From Octopus sinensis (Eukaryota): a stretch of 22,355 nt of DNA. The stretch lies in assembly GCF_006345805.1 (NCBI RefSeq), contig NW_021823964.1, positions 1-22,355 on the forward strand. The letters run 5' to 3'. A program made the position numbers and the translations under genes. The notes beneath the pieces are model-generated. The model did not search any database and was not told the origin of the DNA. It was given only the letters and a program-made list of their open reading frames with translations. Shown here in pieces: positions 1 to 8,966 of the stretch (the first letter of the stretch is position 1; every line of letters starts with the position of its first letter).

Positions 1-260
1 TTATGTATATACATATGTATGTACATACACACATACGTACATGCATACATATATGCCATGCACACACATACATGCATGTATATAAAACAATACATATATA
101 AGTACAATTAAAGCTAAAACATGGCGGTTACGAATCATACAGGATTAAGATGAAATTATGTATGGATGTACATATCTAATTACACACACACACACATACA
201 CATACATAAATATATGCACATTCACACACACGTACATGTATGTATGTAAATTTATATGAC
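1..260. repeat. Degenerate (TACA)n/(CA)n/(TA)n microsatellite
   Basis: Directly visible tacatacatac and cacacaca runs. Confidence 0.9.
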
Positions 261-538
261 AAGAATGATAGGCCAGATAAGGACGTTTTATAATGAACAT
301 AATAAAATTTGACGTAAGTACAGAAAATGAAAAAGAATTAATGAATTTATAAAAATTTATAAAAGAAAAACACCCAATAAGGAAAATAAAATTTAAATTA
401 GTTTAGAAAAAAACCAATATGACAAACATTTCTAGTAACTCAATCACACACATGTTAAATCACAAAGATGATTTCTTATAATAATAATAAAATAATAATA
501 ATCATAAATATAATAATAATAAAATAATAATAATAATT

Positions 539-665
539 GTTTGAAAATTGGCCACAAGCGCAGCAGTTTTGGGGAGGGGATGAGTCGATTACATCGACCC
601 TCAGTGTTCCACTGGTACTTAATTAATTGGCCCCAAAAGGCAAAAAAGGCGATGTCAACCTCGGT
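539..665 (-). mobile_element. tRNA-derived SINE family A, 3' half, with (AAT)n tail at ~478-538
   Basis: The reverse complement reads accgaggttgacatcgcc...aattaagtaccagtggaacactgagggtcgatgtaatcgactc...cttgtggccaattttcaaac. This is collinear with the 3' half of the fuller copy at 15078-15290. Confidence 0.85.
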
Positions 666-683
666 CTTACAGTAAATGTACTA

Positions 684-860
684 AAGCGGCGATCTGGCAG
701 AATCGTTAGGTGGTCGGAAGAAAATAACAGGATTTCTCTGAGTTCAAATCCCACCAAGGAAAATTTTATCTTTCATCCCTTCGGCGATTAATAAAATAGT
801 ACCAGTTGAGCACTAGAATCGGTTGTAATCGACTTACTCCTCCCCACGAAATTTGAAGCC
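684..860 (+). mobile_element. tRNA-derived SINE family A, near full length, (ATA)n tail 861-950
   Basis: Head aagcggcgatctggcagaatcgttag (A-box-like TGGCAGAATCG), B-box-like GAGTTCAAATCC, central tttcatcccttcggcga..aaaatagtaccagttgagcact, and end atttgaagcc followed by (ata)n. Confidence 0.85.
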
Positions 861-905
<45 letters not shown>

Positions 906-951
906 TAATAATTAATAATAATAATAATAATAATTATATATTATTATTATT

Positions 952-1434
952 GAGTGAGAGAGCAGTGCATGCCATCAAAGTGACACTGGGGTAAAATATA
1001 CGAAGCCATATACCCATCATGACTACCCGTCTGATAAGGTACACCAGGCACATGCATCACAACCATATGTGCGCGACATGGTGATCTCATATCAAGATAT
1101 AAACAGCACATGACCTTGCAGGTGGGGCCCAGTTAGAATTTTCTTCAGGTTGAGTAGCCCATCCCGCTCAAAAAGGTCCCTGAATAAGGGTTGTTTAAGG
1201 ATGTTGAAAGAACCACCCATGTTTCCAGAGGTGAATTATTCAAATCCAAAAGAATCCTTCTCAACACACTGGCTATGATGCTCCCCCACTACTTCTGCTC
1301 GTGATCAGAGATGCACATATCGTCAGCCACCAAGGGACATGCTCAACTGGTTAAGGTCAAACAACTGACAAGCAAATCTGTGGTATTGAGCAGAATATTT
1401 GCTGTATGTAGCCCATTTTATACCAAGACAAAAC
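952..1434 (-). mobile_element. Unclassified interspersed repeat family B (~480 bp), flanked on both sides by (ATT)n
   Basis: A second copy lies at 15320-15584 (gagtgagagag...catcaaagtgacactggggt...aaaaggtccctgaataagg). I saw no TIR, tRNA head or ORF. Strand is inferred from treating (AAT)n as a 3' tail. Confidence 0.75.
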
Positions 1435-1558
1435 TTATTATTATTATTATACTATTATTATTATTATTATTATTATTATATTATTATTTTATTATTTTAT
1501 TATTATTATATTATATTATTATTATTATTATCATCATCATCATCATTATTATTATATT
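1435..1558. repeat. (ATT)n/(ATC)n microsatellite
   Basis: Directly visible. It explains ORFs 1311..1574 and 1399..1647. Confidence 0.95.
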
Positions 1559-1590
1559 ATTCCACCGAGGTTGACATCGCCTTTTATCCT
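1559..1590 (+). mobile_element. 32-bp internal fragment of SINE family A
   Basis: attccaccgaggttgacatcgccttttatcct versus attccgccgaggtcgactttgcttttcatct in the copy at 15078-15290. Confidence 0.7.
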
Positions 1591-2582
1591 GCAAATACAC
1601 CCTGTCTGCTAGTTTTCTGCAGCAGACGTCTGCTAAGTATAGGGTAAATAAATCTACCTCACATACATCTATCAAGCTGGTATGGCAGTGACCATCCAAT
1701 CCAAACAATTTCCCCCCCTCACCCCTACTCCTCGCTATCCGTGTTTCAATACCCTCAGACTCTAACAACATTATCTTTTCAACCTGAACCATTGCAAATC
1801 ATTGAGATGGCGACAAAAACCTCTATATTTGGTCAGCCATGTATTTTACAGTTTTTCAGCAATACATTGCTGGTTACAGCCGGGCCATTTACTGCGGGAA
1901 AACTACGCAAATCTGTAAAGAAGCGGATAACATGCGTCCATCATGATATTATTTTAAACTTTGTTACCACTCCACGTGTTATTTCGATCCATCGTCAAAC
2001 TTTCGTGCCCTTGTGACGGGAAGTTCATCCTTTTAGCTATGGCAGCACAACCTTTGTGCTTCCCGTCGAATAACTGATTAACTGCCATATCTACTGCAAG
2101 CATCATGCAGTTTCTCAGTCCCCCTTTTAATTCGTAGATTTACAACCACTTTAGTATATTGGTTTCTATCGATAATTCTTCGTTAATCCCTTTGATTCTA
2201 TTTTAATGGTTGTATTTCGAGGGACCCTCACTCCACAGGTCTATGGAGACCTGCTTAAATACTTCGCTTGATAGAAAACCTGCGCTGTTTCAGTTTTACT
2301 AGAATCACAAGAACCCATTCCGATAAAGATGTTCGTGTATTTGAAAGGTAAAACAAAGAAAAAAAAGTTCTTGACTTTGAATGTATAAACAAAGTGAAGG
2401 GGAGATACATCAGATATTTTTACTATCCAAGTTCATTGGGTTTTTTCATTGGTTGAGATAAAACAAGATTCGCCAAGGAGCATTAATTTGGCCAATCAGA
2501 AGCCGTATTATTTAAGAAGTGATTGACACATGCTACATATAGATGTACTTTACAGAATATTTTAAAATTGATATATGTTATT

Positions 2583-2583
2583 T

Positions 2584-2654
<71 letters not shown>

Positions 2655-2778
2655 GGTTTCAAATTTTGGCCCAAGATCAGGAAGTTCGAAGGAGAGGGTA
2701 AGTCGATGATATTGACTGCAGGGCTTAACTGGTACTTATTTTATCGACCTCGAAAAGATAAAAGATAAAGTTGACCTC
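2583..2778 (-). mobile_element. SINE family A, 5'-truncated, with (GTA)n tail seen as (TAC)n at 2583-2653
   Basis: The reverse complement reads gaggtcaactttatcttttatcttttcgaggtcgataaaataagtaccagtt...cttgggccaaaatttgaaacca followed by (gta)n. Confidence 0.85.
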
Positions 2779-2799
2779 ATAATAATAATAATATATTAA

Positions 2800-3650
2800 A
2801 TTGAGTAGGGAGCCGGAATAAATATCATGAACCATACATTCTGTTACCCCTAATAAACAGCATTATTTACTGAATTCATTACTTGCTATATGCAAGAGGA
2901 ACTGGTCGGAGACTGAAAGATAGTTTTAAAGAGCATCTTTTATAAGATCGACGTTACATTACCGAAGCATTCTGACCAGTAACTTGACTCTGTAATCCTC
3001 CTAACCGCGCATACCAGCATTTTTCTGTTTGCAGTGTTATTTTATACGATGGCTCAATTGTCGCTCGCCTACACCGTGAAGAAGAGCTTATTTTCCGTCC
3101 TCACACAGTCGACACACTTGCAAGCAATAATCACATTATTTAATAAAACTGAATCCCCTTAGCAACATCATACACTGATAAATGACCTCATGTTCACTTT
3201 ACAACACACACTCACACAGATTCATCTACCACAGTATATATCGTTATGTCATAATCCCACCACCAACACAACAAAATACATACAAATATCTACACACACT
3301 CACACAGCTGCATATACACACGTACATTACTCTACACGTAGGTACACATCATCTTTGCAAGCTGTCACCCGTTATCTACCCTGGCTTTATAATATACACA
3401 TACGTAACGTGCTAAAACACCTTTTCGACCGCAATATCCATTATTTCCCCCTCAGCTACCTTTACTCATTTCATCATATGGCTTTCGTTATAAATCCCTT
3501 TTTTTGCTTTCCTTCTCCGCTTCGTCTTTCTTTGACGAAGGCCCACTATCCGAAAAGTTAAGCTCTCTTATGTCTCTCTCTTACAAAGCAAATATAATTA
3601 CTTTTGTACTCTGTTCATTTTTTTTTGTTCCTGAAACTTCGATATTTACA
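2800..3650 (+). mobile_element. 5'-truncated Penelope-like element remnant: GIY-YIG endonuclease pseudogene (~2800-3150) plus 3' UTR/terminal region with a decayed hammerhead motif
   Basis: Hand translation of one frame gives NSIIY*IHYLLYARGTGRRLKDSFKEHLL*...PVT*LCNPPNRAYQHFSVCSVILYDGSIVARLHREEELIFRPHTV. This matches the PLE GIY-YIG pattern as I recall it (VIYCI..C...LYIGETGRRL.DRF.EH...PVS.HFN...R...E..LIF.L.T). A hammerhead-like motif lies on the same strand at 3532-3562, and the element ends at a (CA)/(TA) microsatellite. Confidence 0.75.
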
Positions 3651-3652
3651 TA

Positions 3653-3900
3653 GACACACACACACACATACACATACATGCTATATATAGGTGTGTATAT
3701 ATACATAAATATAAATATACATACATATATATATATATACATACATATGCATAGGTATATATACATGTGTGTGTTTTTTATGCATATTTACATATAAGTA
3801 TATGTATATATACACATTTACGCTCATACATACACCACACGCGCGCGCACACACACAACGCATATATATATATATATACATACACACACACACGTATGTT
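3653..3900. repeat. Mixed (CA)n/(TA)n/(TACA)n microsatellite
   Basis: Directly visible. Confidence 0.95.
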
Positions 3901-3995
3901 TGCATGATTATTTGTGTTGAGCTGAAAACAATAATCCACCCTAATCCTTTGCTTAATCAGAATACATGAAGCGCACGTGACATGTAGACTATTCT

Positions 3996-4896
3996 TTGAT
4001 GATGATGATGATGAGTATGACGACGGCGGTGATGGCGATGCTGCTGCTACTGCTGCTGCGGATGACGACGACGACAACAGTTATTGTTGCTGATGCGGTG
4101 GTGGTGGTGGTGGGAAACCATAGAAATGGTTGTAATAGTTGCAGTAGCAGTGGTGGTGCTGGTGGTAGTAGTGATGCTAGCAGTGGTAATTCCACGAATA
4201 TTCGTGATCACTGCAAGGGTGATGGTGACGGTGGTGTCGATGGTTTGGCGGCGGGGGGTTGTGATAACGTGCATGCTTATTGTGATATTGATAACGATGC
4301 AAGTGGTGGTGGTGGTGGTGGTGGTATGGATGGCAGTGAAGGTGGTGGTAGTGGTGGTGGTGGTGGTGGTGGTGGTATGGATGGCAGTGAAGGTGGTGGT
4401 AGTGGTGGTGGTGGTGGTGGTTGTGGTATGGATGGCAGTGAAGGTGGTGGTATGTGTGGTGGTGGTGGTGGTGGTGGTATGGATGGCAGTGAAGTGGTTG
4501 GTAGTGGTGGTGGGTTGTGGTGGTGGTGTGGTGGTGGTGGATGGCAGTGAAGGAGGTGGTAGTTATGGTAGTGGTGGTGGTGGTGGTGGTGGTATGGATG
4601 GCAGTGAAGGAGGTGGTAGTTATGGTATGGTGGTGGTGGTGGTGGTGGTGGTGGTATGGATGGCAGTGAAGGTGGTGGTAGTTATGGTAGTGGTGGTGGT
4701 GGTGGTGGTGGTATGGATGGCAGTGAAGGCGGTGGTAGTTATGGTAGTGGCGATGGTGGTGGTGGTAATGGTGATGCTGGTTGTAGTTGTGATGACATTG
4801 GGGTTGGTGGCGGTTGTAGTACTCGTAGTGGTAGTATTGATATATTCGTGGTAGTGGTGTTGTTGGTGATGGTAGAGTTGTTGTTGTTGGTGGTGG

Positions 4897-4948
<52 letters not shown>

Positions 4949-4990
4949 GGTGGTGGTGGTGGTGGTGGAGGTACTGCTGTTGTTCTTCAA
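3996..4990. repeat. Trinucleotide-derived low-complexity tract (GAT/GGT/GTT) containing an 8-copy 51/57-bp minisatellite (4326-~4770)
   Basis: The anchor atggatggcagtgaag occurs at 4326, 4377, 4428, 4479, ~4537 (variant), 4594, 4656 and 4713, separated by (GGT)n. Confidence 0.9.
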
Positions 4991-5170
4991 GCATATAAAC
5001 TATGGCCGCTACACAAGTTTATTGTAGGAAGCTGCTCTTATACGGTTAAACCGCTAATCCAGTAATCCTTTAATCCATTAATCTATTAAATACTACTGGG
5101 GAACACAGTTTTATCCAAATGATCCTTTCAGCTATTGTATTAAAGGAGAGATATCTATCTACCGAAGTAA

Positions 5171-5240
5171 TGTGTGTGTATGGGGGGGGGCAGATAGTGT
5201 GTATGGGGGGGGGGGGCAGATAGTGTGTGTGGGGTGGGGG
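5171..5240 (+). repeat. G-run mini-repeat (gtgtgtatG9-12cagata, 2 copies plus a variant)
   Basis: tgtgtgtatgggggggggcagatagtgtgtatggggggggggggcagatagtgtgtgtggggtggggg. Confidence 0.8.
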
Positions 5241-5289
5241 AGAAGTTAAATATATGGTGTTAGGCGTAGAGGAGGGTGGAGTAGATAGG

Positions 5290-5935
<646 letters not shown>

Positions 5936-6789
5936 GATGTGGCGGATTAGTTAAGGGAATGGAGAAAAGCAGATGGTGGGGGTACCATGATTATTGAGTA
6001 ATAGTAAATAACGAATTATAATTAAGGTTGTCACAGATAAATACAAGAAGAAGGGGAAAAAATATGTGAAGATGGCGACGAATGTTGGAAAATACGTTGG
6101 TTGAGAAAGTGTGGCTGTGATTGAAGGGGAGGGGTAAATAGACAGGACAAAACGCCGGTGATAATATTGGAAATTTTCATTCTGAAATATAAATAATAAA
6201 GATGTTACGACATGTTACAGAATAGTTAAACTCCTGGAAAATTCCTGTGGTTCTTGGCAACGGTCAGATGTAAAACCGAAATGAAACGAGTTTTCAGAAA
6301 TATAAGATTAGCTATTTTATTACTAGATCTATAGAGAATTGATGTGTTTTTATTTAATAGTATTAATTTTAGTTACACAGATAAATAAAACTGCTATTAA
6401 AGCTCCTAAAAATTATTATATGTTCACGTATATTTTCAGATGGAGATTTTAGTTTCTTAAAAACGATTTAAATAAATTTTAATAGGATATACCGTATCAT
6501 ACTTGAGATAGATCTGATGTGACAGAATTGAGAAAATCGTTTGACTATTCAGCATTTCAGAGTTAGAATTTCAAAGCTTGTCTACAAAAACCTCACATCT
6601 CAGACCATTAATTCAGACTGTTGTTATTTTGAAATAATACATTAAGTATTTAGCATTATTTATTTGCCTCGGGTTAAGCTGTACTAACGATTCCAAATGA
6701 GGAGGAAATAGCACTATACATAGCTAACAACGACTGGAAATTCAAGATCTTTATAATGTGTATGGAAAAGAAATATATGTGTATACCTT

Positions 6790-8190
6790 GCGCACCTTTT
6801 CTACTCTTTGAGTAGAACTTCCACTCTTTCCTTAGCTTCATCTAGAAGGGATTGTCTCCCCTATGATTTCTGAGCACCAAGAGTACATCACGTGTATGTT
6901 TTAAAATGTTTTTCATTTAAACAAAGGTTGCAGTTTAGATTCGGACATAAGCTACTGAATACATAAGCCGTTTCTTTTTAAAACCATCTACAAAAATTCT
7001 ATTTGTCTAAACAATAAATATATTTGAAAAGAATTCTGGAAAATTTTCTTCCATGATTTTTTAATGCATGGATGTGTTGATGAAAGTTATCGTTAAAGCA
7101 ATTCTGAGTCAATATGATAATGTCCATGGGGAAAACGATGCTGGCAGTTTGGACTTTAGATTAAAACATTTTGCAAGACGCTCACCATCAAGGTAGTAAT
7201 TATAAGATGCAGTTATAAGTAGAATGGACTATATTATAGTTGTTTGTATTATTATTATTGGTAAGCTTTCTAGAATTAAAATAGTTGAAAGAGTTCGAAA
7301 AAATAGCTTACCTTAATCGTATTCCAAATAAAAAGCTTACGTTAGCGATTATTTATGGTAAAATGTAAAGAGATTAAGATTAAGAAGTTTCTTATGACGT
7401 GTACGAACGTTTGAACTAAAAACTGGATTATATCATAAAACATTTCTCGGTCTCTTTTACTTTTCAAAATACTATTTGACGACGTACACCGTCTTTGTAA
7501 ATCTACCATTTCAAAGTGCTTCGTTACGTTAAAGGCGGTAAGAAAGATAAACATTAACCAATACTGCATAGTAAATTCGTTGTAAATGGTGATGGAGATG
7601 CTGGTGGAAGTGGTGGTTGGAGGATACTTATTTGCATATAATAGCTATTCATTAGGATTTCGGTTAGCGTAAACCTATTTCTCTATAAATTTAAAACGGC
7701 AACAAGAATATTAACTGCGTTATTATTAGTATAAACTCTGATTGTTAAACTTATTTCTGTATAAAATCTTTTATAAGTCAGTTTATTTAGCGATCTTTTA
7801 TACTGCGCGCAACTATAAGAACATCATCTCAATATGAAAATCCTGTCAAGGTAAAAATCTTTTATGCAAGAGGTTCAAAATATGAATTCCAAAATTTCGC
7901 ATACTTCAGCGTCATCATTGGATCCCATGTTGTCATCGGACTAGTCGTTTCCGTAATGGGTTCCCGTGAACCAAGAGGATTTCTCTTGAATGCATAAGTC
8001 TCTTAATATCAGATTAAGTAATAAGTGTAATAATGTTGGCGAACATCAAGGCTTTCCAGAGAAAGGATTTAATTATGGTGGGTTGGAGGTCTATAATGTC
8101 AAACTAGGTGAATTTACAACTAACTACCCCAAGAATATCAATTTAATGACGTATCGCTGTTTCATAATGAGAAAATGTTCATTTATTTAA
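6790..8190 (-). pseudogene. Degraded Penelope-like retroelement ORF: C-terminal RT domain, thumb/linker and GIY-YIG endonuclease, with many stops and frameshifts
   Basis: Minus-strand translation across frames gives, in the expected order: *NSDTSLN*Y; SCKFT*FDIIDLQPTIIKSFLWKALMFA; DDNMGSNDDAEVCEI; GIHILNLLHKRF; FSY*DDVLIV (YRDD equivalent); NAVNILVAVLNL; KRPRNVL*YNPVFSSNVRT; RKLFIWNTIKVSY; LDGERLAK; LTQNCFNDNFHQHIHALKNHGRKFSRILFKYIY; CNLCLNEK. These match PLE motifs as I recall them (FDIVDFYPSI, FDVTMGSYDGAEVCE, YRDDGL, VNFLDVT, RNIIWFNPP, RNTVKVSYSC, PLDG.CL, YIGLTE..FK.R, CNLCL.EK). Confidence 0.88.
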
Positions 8191-8194
8191 GAGA

Positions 8195-8560
8195 CAGCAG
8201 CGGCTTATCTCCCCGCCAGTGATATATAGAAAACAGCGCCAGAACAGGCGCTGGTGTCACGATTAACCAGTGGGCTTGTTTACAAATATAACGACTGAGA
8301 CAGTTTTAATACTCAGAGGTAATATTTACCCCCCAACTTAAAAGTGGATGTTCTGTTAGAATAAACCATACTGCGGTAGATACCACGAGAGAAACTCTCT
8401 AGCGATAGAGCATCCATCATTAAGTAGACCTAGCAAGCTCGGAATCATGTGATATGGTAGTCAGGGTGCTGGAGATAGCGGGACTTTATCTCCCCGCTAG
8501 CGATATAAGCAACAGTGCATGTTGCACCAAAAGGCCAACAGAGGATACAAACACACATGT
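8195..8560. other. Unclassified insertion-like segment with a 281-bp-period direct repeat and several short hairpins
   Basis: ttatctccccgccagtgatatatagaaaacagcgc (8205) versus ttatctccccgctagcgatataagcaacagtgc (8486). PLE homology stops at ~8190. Confidence 0.5.
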
Positions 8561-8566
8561 ATAGGT

Positions 8567-8568
<2 letters not shown>

Positions 8569-8634
<66 letters not shown>

Positions 8635-8643
8635 TATATATAT
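8569..8643. repeat. (TA)n microsatellite
   Basis: Near-perfect TA run. Confidence 0.97.
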
Positions 8644-8644
8644 A

Positions 8645-8903
8645 AGCGAGAAGTTGAGGTTATAAGAGATAATGGTGTCACTGAGACCCAAAGGTGTCAG
8701 GTAATGCTGAATAAGTGCTATAGACAGACCATAGTTAAATTCCAGATTCGGTAATATTGCGAATAAAGGGTTCAACGTTGGTTCTATGTCAGCGTGATGA
8801 AGGGATATTATTAATTAAATCCTAGAAGCAGCTGTTAGATTTTCTATCTATAAATGCTCTAATATCTATACAGCCTTGGTTTTTTTATCTCATTACGCAA
8901 AAA

Positions 8904-8905
<2 letters not shown>
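8645..8905 (+). mobile_element. Putative solo PLE terminal-repeat unit flanked by (TA)n, carrying a decayed hammerhead motif (8794-8836)
   Basis: gTGATGA-A-GGGAT[attattaattaa]ATCCT-a-GAAgC-AGCT-GT-t. There is (TA)n on both sides and no ORF. Confidence 0.5.

Positions 8906-8906
<1 letters not shown>

Positions 8907-8966
<60 letters not shown>

Noticed and set aside
4326-4770. CRISPR-like repeat-spacer array
   Set aside because: The intervening sequences are (GGT)n, not unique spacers. The context is eukaryotic and there are no cas genes.
6400-6620. Possible homology between the PLE 3' flank (minus strand) and the unit at 8645-8905 (shared taatggt..ctgaga, aatgctgaata, tctat.tca)
   Set aside because: The spacing between the short matches is inconsistent (33 vs 54 and 80 vs 44 nt) in AT-rich DNA. 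I cannot distinguish this from chance without an alignment.
7224-7266. Signal-peptide-like first exon ATG...MDYIIVVCIIII-G|GTAAGC on the plus strand
   Set aside because: It lies antisense within the PLE fossil, the hydrophobic run is a short (ATT)n, and I found no compatible downstream exon.
7342-7569. ORF MQYWLMFIFL... resembling a secreted or receptor N-terminus
   Set aside because: It is an alternative frame of the PLE linker region; the neighbouring frame carries RNVL*YNPVFSSNVRT.
7791-8190. Plus-strand open frames (RSFILRAT...; MHKSLNIR...)
   Set aside because: They are antisense to the PLE RT motifs, with no recognisable protein similarity.
8462-8468. CAGGGTG resembling a maT TIR start
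   Set aside because: It is not preceded by TA and I found no matching inverted partner.
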